Shown in pieces: positions 1-9,980 of a DNA stretch of 64,000 bases. The stretch's first letter is position 1; each line of letters starts with the position of its first letter. The DNA lies in the NCBI GenBank assembly GCA_963719315.1, contig CAVRBU010000002.1, positions 1,088,001 to 1,152,000 on the forward strand, given 5' to 3'. Under the pieces are notes generated by a model that saw only the letters and a program-made list of their open reading frames with translations, did not search any database and had not been told where the DNA came from. The translations under genes and the position numbers were made by a program. The stretch is from an uncultured Planctomycetota bacterium (GTDB taxonomy: Bacteria; Planctomycetota; Planctomycetia; Pirellulales; Lacipirellulaceae).

Positions 1-373
1 CTGCGTGCGTGCGAAGCAGCGCGGTGCAAAAGGCGTGAATCGTGCTGACACGGGCCGAGTCGATCTCGCGCAACAACTGCTGCCACGCCATCCGATCGTC
101 GATCGAAAGCGTTGCGTCGTCGAGTCGCTCGTAGCAGGCATTGCGAATGCGGGTCCGCATTTCGCGGGCTGCCGCGTCGGTAAATGTGATCGCGATGAGT
201 TGCCGAAGTTCGGCCGGTTCCACGTCGCTCTTCGAAGTGCGATCCAAGTGCGACAGGAATCGCGAAGTAAGAACGTGCGTCTTGCCGCAGCCCGCGCCGG
301 CCGAGACTCCGACCGAGACGTCGCGAGTATTTAGCACAACAAGCTGCTCGTCAATTAGTGCGAATGTTCCCAT
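1..373 (-). CDS. addA: ATP-dependent helicase/nuclease subunit A (UvrD/AddA family), N-terminal part; runs off the window edge
   Basis: Manual translation from ATG 373: MGTFALIDEQ...VSAGAGCGKTHVLTSRF...LIAITFTDAAAREMRTRIR...RVSTIHAFC (UvrD motifs I, Ia, Ib); lies directly downstream of addB. Confidence 0.88.
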   Translation of the reverse strand, partial: MGTFALIDEQLVVLNTRDVSVGVSAGAGCGKTHVLTSRFLSHLDRTSKSDVEPAELRQLIAITFTDAAAREMRTRIRNACYERLDDATLSIDDRMAWQQLLREIDSARVSTIHAFCTALLRTHA

Positions 374-415
374 TTCAATTTCGAATTTTCAGATCGCCTT
401 CAAATAGCCGCGATG

Positions 416-3400
416 CTACGCATCGCCGGGCCCCAGGACTTTCCCCATACTACGAACTTGTGCGATGCGGCAGACGGTTTTGAAGTCACACTTGCTAGTG
501 CAGTCGAGGTCGCGACTGGCAACCGGGAACTCACCCTTCCGAGTGGACCGAACGATCTCGCCGATCCTCTTGATGACTTTGGGCTTCAGATCGTCCCAGC
601 TTTCCGTGGGCGCGCCGCTCTCCAGCGAGCAATGGAGCGAGAAACGCTTGTCGGTGGTCACACCCCCTTGCATCGACCAATAGCCGGCCCACAGGGGCGT
701 CGCTTTATCTGGTCCAAAGACCAGCGCTTCGGCGGCCATTACATAGAGCGCCGGCTGCAATCGCTCGCCGGATTCGATCTTGTCGCTCGTGAGCGTCGGT
801 CGCCGGCCCGATTTGTAATCGATCACGTTGAAGACCGTCGTGTCCCCGGCGCGGCCAACGTCGATCCGGTCAATGCGGCCGGCAACCTCGATCGATTCAC
901 CGCCGATATCGAGCATGTAGGCCTCATCTATCGAGTGCGGGTCTTCCTCGCCGCGTTCGCCGGAGTGCTTGCGCCCGAATCGAAGCTCGAAGTGAGTTGG
1001 CCGCAACCGCTCGACGAATTGGTCCCATGCGCCGTTGTATTTCTCATGTTGACCGCGATAGAGATCGGTCCACTTGTCGATTTGCCGGCGATCGAGTTCC
1101 AAGAGACGCCCTCGATACCCTCTCTCGGAGTCGCGCCAAATATGGCCTGAAGCTCGTTTTTCAACTCGGCAACGAACCGCGATTCATCGCTCTTCAGGGC
1201 TTCCCACTCGCTGGGCAAACTGCTGAACTTGCGATGGAACGCGGCCAGCACCTGATGCAATAAGCTGCCGCGGCGTGCGAAGTCTGTTTCCAGCACCAAG
1301 TCGCCCAGTGGTTCGAGCTTGAGGACATCTTCGAGATAGAACTTGTAAGGGCAGGCTGCATAGGTTTCGAGCTGGCTCGGGCTCCACGAGTGCTGGCAAC
1401 CGAATCGTTCCGCCAAACGCGCCGCCACGGCCGGGCTCGTGAGCAGCCCTTCGTTCGGGCCGAACTCCTTGCCGTGGGCTCGGGCGTGGACGATCCGCAC
1501 GCCGCCGTCGATCGCCCGGGCGAGTTGTTTGGTTTCGCCGTGCGAAAAGATTCCGGCGAGCAGTCGGCGGTCGCCATCCGTGCGCACTGCCTCGGCCAGT
1601 GCTGCGATCCGCCAATCGGCGACGCAGTAGACGCCGCCTCCGTCGGCGAGTTTCCTTGAAACTCGCAAATTCGCGTCCGCCGAAGCGTTCGCAGCCACGG
1701 GTTGCGGCACCGGCGAAAGCTGCGGCTTGGCACTGGGAATCTTCTTCGCGCTCTCGCAAAACATGCGTTGCAATTCGACCACATACGGGCTCGGCGGCAG
1801 CTCTTGGGCCTTGTCGTCCATCGCCGGGTAGCTGATCGTCAACGTTTCTTGGGCCCGGCTGAGTACTTCGTAGAACAGGAGCATTTCGTCTTGTCCGCGG
1901 GTCGGCGGCGCGAAGCCGGACTCGTCTTGCTGAGCGGCCTGATGCGCGGCGGCCCCTAAGAACTGGTACTCGGCGTCGGTCGCGAGCTGGCCGGAGTGCA
2001 CCGGGGCCGGGAAAGACTGCTCCGACATTCCGGCCAGGTATAAATGCCGGGCGGGCACCGCGCGGGCCGATTGAGCCGAAAGGATGCGGACGCGGCCAAC
2101 GTCGTCGTGCCGTCGATTCAGCGCTTCGTGCGTAGCGACATCCACCAGCAGCGAAAGCAGTTCGCTGCGATTGAGTCTCCGCGGCGGCATCGCAAGCCAA
2201 TCGTCCATGTGCTCCAACGCCGCAAAATGAGCGACGATCGCGTTCCACGCCGCGGAATCCAAATCGTTGAGCGGCAGGCCGAGTTCGGCGCCGAGCCGAG
2301 CCAGTGCCGCGCACCATTCGCTGGGTGTAGCTTCGGGGGGCAATTGGTCGAGAGCGGCGGCAATCTGCGAGAGCGCCGGCAGGGCCGCCGCTGCTGCGGC
2401 GATGCGACGTTGGTGATGCTCGCTGAATTCGTCAATGTCCTTCTGCGGCGCGGCGAGGCCGCCGACGATCTCCAATAGTTTGTCGTGGCCCTTTGCCAGT
2501 TGCAGATCGCGGACCAGCCAGTCGGCCGCCTGCCGCGCCGGGGCTGCGATTGCCGTGAGCGTATTGTTGGTGACGACCGACACGACGCGTCGAAACTGCC
2601 AATCGTCTGCATCCAACTGCAACAGGGCGGTGAGCGTTTTGAACACAGCCGACCGGGCGATCCGCGGGCTGGCCTCCAGCGAATATGGGATGCCGAAGCG
2701 GTCGAAAACGGCTTCGATTCGCGGCGCTACTTCAGCGACCGAGCGAAATACGACGACGATATCGCCAGGCTTGGTTGCTGTTGCCGCCGAACCCTCCCCC
2801 GGCCCTCCCCTAAGAGGGAGGGGAGGTGATGTCAGACTTGCTTTGATGCGGCGGGCGAGTTGGACGATTTCGTCCTGGGTACCCGCCGCTTCAACGATTT
2901 CAATGTCGTCGAGTGATTCAACCACCGCAGCCGGCGGCGATGGTTGTGGATACCGAAAGACGTGTTGCGCCAGATGGTCGAGCGCGGGACTCGCAGCGTG
3001 CCGCGGGGCGACGTGGCAAATCTCAAGCTTCGGATAGAACTGTTTCAACTCCGCTAGCGTCGCCACTGTTTTAGCGAAGAGATCCGCGCGTGCACCAAGT
3101 ACGGACTGGTCGCTTAAGCGACCTGCCCGAAGCGGCGTAGGCGGGGCGTCGGACGGCAGCGAAATCATGAGCCGCCGCGCGCGGCCCGCGAGCAGCCGAA
3201 GGATTTCGTGCTGTATCCGCGTGAAGTCGGTAAAGCCATCGACGACGATCAGTTCGAGATTCGCGAAACGCGGGCATGCTCCGTCGGCGAGCGCGTCTCG
3301 TGCGGCCCAGTGGAGGCCTTCCTCGTCGGCCAGCCCGTGCGACGTGCGTTGCCGCTCGTAACCGGCGTAGAGCCGGGCCAGTTCTTGCTGCGGTTGCGAT

Positions 3401-3861
3401 TGGCCGCGGTTGGCGACGATGCGCGAGTACGCCTCGGGTCGAATATCGCGGCGTTTGAGTTCGCGGATATGTTCGGCGAGCAGGTCGACGAACCCCGCTC
3501 GGCCCGCGGCCTCGGCATAAAACTCCAACCCACCCGCCGCCAAGCTCGCGGCAATCACGCGCCGCAGCAATTCGCGCTCGAGCACAGGCGAGATGGGTCG
3601 CATTTTGAGTTTCGACGCAGCCACAATCAGTTTGGCCAATTCGTCGAACGTCAGCACACCAGGGCCGAGGCAGGCCGCCGTGCCGCGGGCGATAATTTCG
3701 TCCCGAACGGCGGCTGCCGCCCGAGAACTGGGGGCGAGCCAAAGAAGGCGTTGAAGGGAATCGGCCCGTTCCCTGGTCAGGGCGTCGTGGTAGCGGCCCA
3801 CAAGCTCGTGCGTCTTCCCCGCGCGAGCCGGCCCCAACACGACGATAACTTCGGCACCCAC
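416..3861 (-). CDS. addB: ATP-dependent helicase/nuclease subunit B (AddB/RexB-like, C-terminal PD-(D/E)xK nuclease with Fe-S cysteines); split by a 1-nt frameshift near 1105
   Basis: ORF 928..4167 has LGPARAGKT, VVDGFTDFT and SPSQLETYAACPYKF; ORF 416..1102 has GRIDRID..IDYKSG and C-x2-xC-x5-C (CTSKCDFKTVC); probable GTG start at 3861. Confidence 0.85.
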
Positions 3862-4042
3862 AAGAATCCTGGAGCAGGGAGCAAAGAGCGGGGAGAGGCG
3901 AGTTGCCGGGCGAACAGCGTGGCCAGGCAGCCAATAAGGAATTCTGGCCCTCAGCAGAGCAGCGTCAAGACGCGGAGGGTGGGTCGAGTCCGCGAGACCC
4001 ACCGCCTTTGCATTGCGACGACGCCCAGGTCCCGCTCGGCTT

Positions 4043-4127
4043 GTAGGTCCCTTCTGCCGGAAGGGACCTGTGTGAATCATCGAACTTTGCAGTGACTCCC
4101 AGGTCCCGCTCGGCAAGCGGGACCTAC
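4043..4127. repeat. GTAG-type REP doublet (REPIN-like)
   Basis: GTAGGTCCCTTCTGCCGGAAGGGACCT (4043-4069) faces the inverted AGGTCCCGCTCGGCAAGCGGGACCTAC (4101-4127); the same pair recurs inverted at 9833-9911. Confidence 0.8.
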
Positions 4128-4360
4128 CTTTGAGCCAAAAGCCTGGATTTATTTCATTTGACAGCACTGCCCCCCAGAGAATAGACTCCTAATATAAACT
4201 TGGCCGGTGCTCTAGCCGCGCCGCGTGCTCGGCAGGGTGCTAGCTTGGGGTTTTTGGGGTGACGTTGGGCGGAATTCGTAGGAAAACGCGTCGGTCGATC
4301 GGCCGGCGATTTTCTGTTTCATCTTTTTTTTCTGTTTCATCTTTTTCTAAGGAGGTTGGT

Positions 4361-5584
4361 ATGGATGCGAAACGCAGTAGGACGGACAACCCTGTCCGTC
4401 GGCGACGATGGGGGTTCACCCTCGTCGAATTGCTGGTGGTCATCGCGATCATCGGCATCTTGGTAGCGCTCTTGCTGCCGGCGGTTCAGGCAGCCCGTGA
4501 AGCGGCCCGACGCAATCAGTGCTTGAACAACTTCAAGCAGTTGCTCCTCGCGCTTCAGAATCACCACGATACGCGGAAGACGCTGCCGTTGGCTTCGACG
4601 GCGCCGATCGCCCCGACCGTTACGAAGTACGGCGAGTTGGGCACGGCATCGCCCAGCGCGACATCGCCCACGAATTACACGGCCGGTCAAGACGGCGACG
4701 GCTATAGCTGGATCGTGCAAATCCTGCCGTTCATGGAAGAGGGCGTGATTTACGACAAGCTCAATCAATCCCAAACCACGCCGGTCGTCCGCTATGGAAA
4801 GCTGGCGGATGCGGCATTTGCCCCCTCAAGCAATCAAAACCTGCTCACCAATGCGTCGACCACCAGTCCGTATTTCTGGTCGACCAAGGTCTCTGGCTTT
4901 CAATGCCCGAGCTTTCCCGGCGACGAAGAAGTCGCCAAATTCGGTGATATTCCCAGCACGGCTGGCTTGAAAGTGGCCTCGGGCAACTATGTGGCCCTGT
5001 CCGCGACGCACTATCGAAAGAGTCCGACAAACCATTTGGAGAGCGGTCTGCCGACCTCCGCGGCGGGCGGCGGCAAGGACTGCGGCAGCGGCGCGTACTG
5101 CGGCAACGGCGGTCTGCCGTTCCCGGGCATCATCGGCGGCAAGGTCCAGAAGACGGGCCTGGGCTTCCAGAGCCTGTCGGACGGCACGTCGAAAGTCGCC
5201 CTGATTACCGAAAGTCGCGAAGAAACCTTGACTTCCTGGTACAGCGGTTTGGCATCGTACGTGGTTGCGGCCTGGCCGGAGCCAAACGGCGCCACACCCA
5301 TCGGTAAAGTCGGTAGTTCGACCGGCACTTACTATTGGTCGTGCAACGGCGTCGCCAAGTGCGACACGGCGCTCAACAAAGGTGATACCAAGAACGTAGC
5401 CACGAAGTATTACTTGTCGACCAACCCCCACGGCACCGTCCCTCGCATCTGGGGGCCGAGCAGCCGGCATCCGAGCGTCGTACTCCACGGCTATGCCGAC
5501 GGCCACTCGGAAGGTGTCAACGACAACATCGAGGCGGATGTCTATCTACACCTCGCGACCCGCAACGGCCGCGAAGTCGATTGA
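4361..5584 (+). CDS. DUF1559 (SBP_bac_10) prepilin-type N-terminal cleavage/methylation protein
   Basis: [42 protein letters not shown]-terminal H-x9-DG ([15 protein letters not shown]); AAGGAGG RBS upstream of ATG 4361. Confidence 0.95.
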   Translation: MDAKRSRTDNPVRRRRWGFTLVELLVVIAIIGILVALLLPAVQAAREAARRNQCLNNFKQLLLALQNHHDTRKTLPLASTAPIAPTVTKYGELGTASPSATSPTNYTAGQDGDGYSWIVQILPFMEEGVIYDKLNQSQTTPVVRYGKLADAAFAPSSNQNLLTNASTTSPYFWSTKVSGFQCPSFPGDEEVAKFGDIPSTAGLKVASGNYVALSATHYRKSPTNHLESGLPTSAAGGGKDCGSGAYCGNGGLPFPGIIGGKVQKTGLGFQSLSDGTSKVALITESREETLTSWYSGLASYVVAAWPEPNGATPIGKVGSSTGTYYWSCNGVAKCDTALNKGDTKNVATKYYLSTNPHGTVPRIWGPSSRHPSVVLHGYADGHSEGVNDNIEADVYLHLATRNGREVD

Positions 5585-5624
5585 GCCGCAATCGCGGTTG
5601 TCGAACAATCTGAAACAACGAGAC

Positions 5625-5660
5625 ACCGCCGCGGTGGAGCAATCCACCACGGCGGTTTTT
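5625..5660 (+). terminator. Probable intrinsic terminator
   Basis: ACCGCCGCGGTGGA-GCAA-TCCACCACGGCGGT followed by a T run, 40 nt after the stop codon. Confidence 0.75.
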
Positions 5661-5676
5661 GTTTATTGGATAGTAA

Positions 5677-5743
5677 TCCGTTGTCCGTAGTCCGTTGCAT
5701 GGGAGCTTCTTAATGAATGCAACGGGCTACGGACCACCGGACA
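5677..5743. repeat. Inverted pair of heptamer tandem repeats (TCCGTTG/CAACGGA family)
   Basis: TCCGTTG-TCCGTAG-TCCGTTG-CAT ... ATG-CAACGGG-CTACGGA-CCACCGGAC. Confidence 0.7.
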
Positions 5744-5803
5744 TTCTGTTGAGCCGCTTGGCTCCGCAGGCACCATAATGCTACAATGACACTTCACACC
5801 GTT

Positions 5804-5887
5804 GCCGCTGTGGCGGAATTGGCAGACGCGCATGGTTCAGGTCCATGTTCACGCAAGTGAGTGGGGGTTCAACTCCCTCCAGCGGCA
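5804..5887 (+). tRNA. tRNA-Leu(CAG)
   Basis: Acceptor GCCGCTG/CAGCGGC-A, D arm TGGCGGAATTGGCAGACGC, anticodon arm CATGG-TTCAGGT-CCATG, long variable arm, T loop GGTTCAACTCC; no encoded CCA. Confidence 0.95.
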
Positions 5888-5895
5888 CTTTTGGG

Positions 5896-5980
5896 TTGCG
5901 GATTTGGGATTTCGGAGTGCGGATTCAAACAACGAGTACATCATGCCCCTGACAATCCGCAATCCGCAATCCGCAATCCG
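5896..5980. repeat. Inverted pair of heptamer tandem repeats (GCGGATT/AATCCGC family), overlapping the sulfatase start
   Basis: TTGCGGATTTGGGATTTCGGAGTGCGGATT (5896-5925) and (AATCCGC)x3-AATCCG (5954-5980). Confidence 0.8.
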
Positions 5981-7496
5981 ATATTTGCTCCTATTGGCGT
6001 TGGCATTGCACTGCCTGGCCACGTTTTCGCACGCGCGGGCCGCCGACCGGCCCAACATACTGTTCATCATGAGCGATGATCATGCCTTTCAGGCGATCAG
6101 CGCGTACGATGGCACTCGGAATCGCACTCCCAACATCGACCGCATCGCGCACGAGGGCATGCGGTTCGACCGCTGCTACGTGACCAATTCGCTCTGCGGG
6201 CCGAGCCGGGCCTGCATCCTCACCGGCAAGTACAGCCATAAGAATGGCTTCTACGACAACACCCACAGTACGTTCGACGGCAGCCAGGTGACATTCCCCA
6301 AGCTGCTGCGGCAGGCCGGGTATCAAACGGCGATCGTCGGGAAGTGGCACCTCGTGAGCGAGCCGACGGGGTTCGACTACTGGAACATCCTGCCCGGACA
6401 GGGCCAATACTATCGGCCCGATTTTATCTCGGCAGCGGGTAAAAGCTCGGTGCCGGGCTACGTCACCGAGGTGATCACGGATAAAGCGCTCGATTGGCTC
6501 GAGCACAAGCGCGATCCGCAGCGGCCGTTTGCCCTGATGGTGCAGCACAAGGCGCCCCACCGCCCCTGGCAGCCTGCGGCCGAAAAGCTCGCCGATCGGG
6601 AGGGCGAGAAGATCCCCGAGCCGCCGACATTGTTCGACGACTATGCCCATCGCGGCACGGCCGCTCACAAAGCCGACATGCGGATCGGCCAGATGAGACC
6701 GGAAAGCGACGTAAAGCTGTGGAAAGAAGCGAGCCCGGAGCGAAAGTTCGTCTTGAACCGCATGAGCGACTCGGATCGAGCGGCGTGGGAAAAGCTCGTC
6801 GACCCGCGGCTGCCAAAGTTTCAAGCCGCCAACCCGCGGGGCGACGACCGCACGCGGTGGTTCTATCAACTCTACATGAAGGATTATTTGCGCTGCATCG
6901 CGTCGGTCGACGACAGCGTCGGCCGACTGCTCAGGTACCTCGACGACAGCGGTCTGGCAAAAGACACGATCGTGGTTTACACGAGCGACCAGGGTTTTTA
7001 CCTGGGCGAGCACGGCTGGTTCGACAAGCGATTCATGTACGAAGAATCGCTGCGAACGCCGCTGGTGGTCCGCTGGCCCGGCGTTATCAAGCCGGGAAGC
7101 GTCGAGGCGGCGCACATCGTCTCGAATCTCGACTTCGCACCGACGTTTCTCGCGGCCGCCGGCGTCGCCGTGCCGGCCAATATGCAAGGACAGAGCTTCG
7201 TGCCCATCCTACATGGCCAGGCGCCGGCGGACTGGCGAAAGACTTTTTATTATCACTTTTATGAGGATAAAGACGCCGATCATCACGTTGCGAAGCACGA
7301 AGGCGTCACGAACGGCAAGGCGAAACTCATTCACTTCTATACGCTCGGCGAATGGGAGCTGTACGATCTCGAAAAAGATCCGCACGAGCTCGTGAGCGTG
7401 TATGGCCGGCCCGAATACGCGAAGGTGCAGGCCGATCTGACCGCGGAACTCGCCCGCCTCCGATCAGAACTGCAAGTGCCGCCGAACGCGCCTTGA
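5943..7496 (+). CDS. Exported formylglycine-dependent sulfatase (S1; N-acetylglucosamine-6-sulfatase-like)
   Basis: Signal peptide, RPNILFIMSDD, CGPSRACILTG (CxPxR), GKWHL, YTSDQG, WELYDLEKDPHE. Confidence 0.93.
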   Translation: MPLTIRNPQSAIRYLLLLALALHCLATFSHARAADRPNILFIMSDDHAFQAISAYDGTRNRTPNIDRIAHEGMRFDRCYVTNSLCGPSRACILTGKYSHKNGFYDNTHSTFDGSQVTFPKLLRQAGYQTAIVGKWHLVSEPTGFDYWNILPGQGQYYRPDFISAAGKSSVPGYVTEVITDKALDWLEHKRDPQRPFALMVQHKAPHRPWQPAAEKLADREGEKIPEPPTLFDDYAHRGTAAHKADMRIGQMRPESDVKLWKEASPERKFVLNRMSDSDRAAWEKLVDPRLPKFQAANPRGDDRTRWFYQLYMKDYLRCIASVDDSVGRLLRYLDDSGLAKDTIVVYTSDQGFYLGEHGWFDKRFMYEESLRTPLVVRWPGVIKPGSVEAAHIVSNLDFAPTFLAAAGVAVPANMQGQSFVPILHGQAPADWRKTFYYHFYEDKDADHHVAKHEGVTNGKAKLIHFYTLGEWELYDLEKDPHELVSVYGRPEYAKVQADLTAELARLRSELQVPPNAP

Positions 7497-7510
7497 TGTT
7501 CTTCACTTGG

Positions 7511-7628
7511 TGGTGTCCTAATTTGGCACCGATCGGACCGGAACTATGTAGCACGGACTTCAGTCCGTACGAGAATCACGGACTGAAGTCCGTGCCACAA
7601 GCTTGTTGTGCCGCAAATTAGGACACTA
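7511..7628. mobile_element. MITE-like element with 13-bp terminal inverted repeats enclosing a GTAG REP doublet
   Basis: GTGTCCTAATTTG (7513-7525) / CAAATTAGGACAC (7614-7626); inside GTAGCACGGACTTCAGTCCGT ... ACGGACTGAAGTCCGTGCCAC (7548-7598). Confidence 0.6.
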
Positions 7629-7680
7629 CCCTTCTCTTCGCGCCTTTGCGTGAGACAATCCGTTGCAATAAACTGAGGCT

Positions 7681-8742
7681 GTGAAGAGTCCATCGTATCC
7701 CCCGAAAATCGGCAAGCGCGCGCTCGTGACGGGCATCACGGGCCAGGACGGTTCGTACCTGGCCGAATTGCTGCTGGCCAAGGGGTACGAAGTGTACGGC
7801 ATGGTCCGGCGCACGTCGTCATTCAACACCGGCCGCATCGAGCATATTTATCAGGACCCGCACGACGACGACGTGCGGCTGCAACTGGTCTACGGCGACT
7901 TGGCCGATGGCTCGTCGCTGGACCAGCTCGTGAAGACGATCCGTCCGGATGAGATTTACAACCTTGGTGCGCAGTCGCACGTGCGCGTCAGCTTCGATAT
8001 TCCGGAATACACGTCCGAAATCACGGGGCTTGGCTGCATCCGCCTGCTGGAAGCGATTCGCGAATCAGACCTGGCCTGCCGCTTCTATCAGGCGTCCTCC
8101 TCCGAAATGTACGGCAAAGCGGTCGAGACGCCGCAAACGGAGAAAACGCCGCTCTATCCCCGCAGCCCGTACGCCTGCGCCAAGGCGTTCGCCTTCGGGG
8201 CGACGCGCAACTATCGCGAGTCGTACGGCATTTTCGCGGTGAACGGAATCATGTTCAACCACGAATCGCCGCGGCGCGGCGAGACGTTTGTCACGCGGAA
8301 GATCACCCGCGCCGCCGCTCGCATTCGGGCCAGGTTGCAGGAATGTCTCTATCTGGGCAATCTGTCGGCAAAGCGCGATTGGGGCTACGCCGGAGATTAC
8401 GTCCAGGCGATGTGGCTCATGCTGCAAGCGCCCCAGGCGGACGACTATGTGATCGCCACGGGCGAGGTCCATTCGGTCCGCGAGTTTTGCGAACTGGCGT
8501 TCGATCTGGTCGGTTTGCCGATCGCCTGGCGCGGCACGGCCGTGGAGGAGGAGGGTGTCGATGTCGAGGGATGCGTGCGAGTACGCATCGATCCGCGCTA
8601 TTTCCGGCCGGCCGAAGTGGACATCATGCAAGGCGACGCCAGCTACGCGCAAGAGAAGCTCGGCTGGAAGCCCACGGTCACGTTTGCAGAGCTCGTGCGG
8701 CTAATGGTCGAAGCCGACGTAGCGACCATCGGTAGTCGGTAG
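7681..8742 (+). CDS. gmd: GDP-mannose 4,6-dehydratase
   Basis: [70 protein letters not shown]. Confidence 0.97.
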   Translation: MKSPSYPPKIGKRALVTGITGQDGSYLAELLLAKGYEVYGMVRRTSSFNTGRIEHIYQDPHDDDVRLQLVYGDLADGSSLDQLVKTIRPDEIYNLGAQSHVRVSFDIPEYTSEITGLGCIRLLEAIRESDLACRFYQASSSEMYGKAVETPQTEKTPLYPRSPYACAKAFAFGATRNYRESYGIFAVNGIMFNHESPRRGETFVTRKITRAAARIRARLQECLYLGNLSAKRDWGYAGDYVQAMWLMLQAPQADDYVIATGEVHSVREFCELAFDLVGLPIAWRGTAVEEEGVDVEGCVRVRIDPRYFRPAEVDIMQGDASYAQEKLGWKPTVTFAELVRLMVEADVATIGSR

Positions 8743-8847
8743 CTCAGGCCGTGCCTAACGCCTATAGGGTGGCCACTGCCCACCGCGTTTTCGCTGGTCG
8801 GCGGTGCCCACCTTACGGGTAGGACCTGATCAATGACTTGCGACGCA

Positions 8848-9672
8848 TCATCTCAGCAGGCTGCGGGCCAAATGTGCGCCGATGCGCTGTAACACTTCCG
8901 GCTCATCCGGGTCGGTTATTGCGGGCGTCGTTTTCGGGCAACCGCTCCTTGCCAAGGCCGGCGCGGTGGCGGGCAACTCGGCAATGAAACGATGGTCTGC
9001 GGGGATCTGCGAGAGTTCTTCGGCCGACTGCACAAAGTTTTGCGGAGCAATCAGATTTAGCGGCACATTGTTCTGCGGGGCCATCAGCGTCGGCGGCACG
9101 CCGTCATCAAACGACTGATCGCTAATCATCGCTCCTTCGTAAGCTGCCGCTGGCGACGCGAAGCACGCTTGCCGAACCGTCGATTCCTCCGGCTGTGACC
9201 AATTCGCGTTGTACTGTTCGTCGGACGTAACTGGCGGATTCGTTATTTCAGGCATGAATTCAGCAGCGTTTTCTCCGCCAGCATGCTTGCCGATCGGTTC
9301 TGCTTCCGGAGGAAAGATGACCTCCCTCGGCTTTCGCACGGCAACTTTGCGGAATGGATTCACGACTTCGTCGTCGGATTCCGTTACCGCGAAAGGAACG
9401 GCGGGCGTGATGGGCTGCTCCGTCGTGGGCGGCGTTTCGTTTGTGCACGGCGTTTCACTTGTACACGGCGTTTCACTTGTGCACTGTGGCCCGGTCGGGC
9501 AAACGCAATCGGCTTTCTGGCTTGCATTGCAGCAAATCTGGCCGGACTCCTTTGAACAACTGCTTCCGTTGGGCAGCACGATGACCTCGCAGCGACAACC
9601 CGCGAGGATGCCGACAAACGGCAACGCCATCAGCAGCCAGCGCATGTTGTGGGACGTAAATGCCATGTGCAT
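8848..9672 (-). CDS. Hypothetical lipoprotein with Cys-rich N-terminus and Pro/Thr/Glu-rich linker (start uncertain)
   Basis: Lipobox-like LPFVGILAG-C; three 18-bp repeats encoding CTSETP-CTSETP-CTNETP. Confidence 0.55.
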   Translation of the reverse strand: MHMAFTSHNMRWLLMALPFVGILAGCRCEVIVLPNGSSCSKESGQICCNASQKADCVCPTGPQCTSETPCTSETPCTNETPPTTEQPITPAVPFAVTESDDEVVNPFRKVAVRKPREVIFPPEAEPIGKHAGGENAAEFMPEITNPPVTSDEQYNANWSQPEESTVRQACFASPAAAYEGAMISDQSFDDGVPPTLMAPQNNVPLNLIAPQNFVQSAEELSQIPADHRFIAELPATAPALARSGCPKTTPAITDPDEPEVLQRIGAHLARSLLR

Positions 9673-9832
9673 CGAAGCGTTGCTAAAACTGCCAATAAGG
9701 ACCGGCAAAACTACAGCGCGCGCAAATCCACGGAGTCGCCTCGTTCCAAATATCGGCAGAATCGACCCAATCCCTAAACCTTAACATTGCCGTGAATTCG
9801 GCGGGAAGCGAGCAGCCGGCTTTGTCTCAGAA

Positions 9833-9911
9833 GTAGGTCCCGCTTGCCGAGCGGGACCTTGGCGTCGTCGCAATGTTAATAGAAGGGTTCCTTCCGGCAG
9901 AAGGGACCTAC
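9833..9911. repeat. GTAG-type REP doublet (same family as 4043-4127)
   Basis: GTAGGTCCCGCTTGCCGAGCGGGACCT ... GGTTCCTTCCGGCAGAAGGGACCTAC. Confidence 0.8.
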
Positions 9912-9980
9912 CAGGATTCTTGAGGCAATAGCAAGCAAGTAGCTGGCGATGCAGTCACTGATGTCGCTGGAGCCGATCCA

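Noticed and set aside
413..4095. Long alternative-frame and antisense ORFs over addB (and likewise over the sulfatase, nuoD, araD, glgX, dsbD and the metalloprotease)
   Set aside because: Shadow ORFs expected in high-GC coding DNA; Arg/Pro-rich with no motifs
5802..5942. N-terminal extension of the sulfatase ORF
   Set aside because: Overlaps tRNA-Leu and a heptamer repeat; real start is probably ATG 5943
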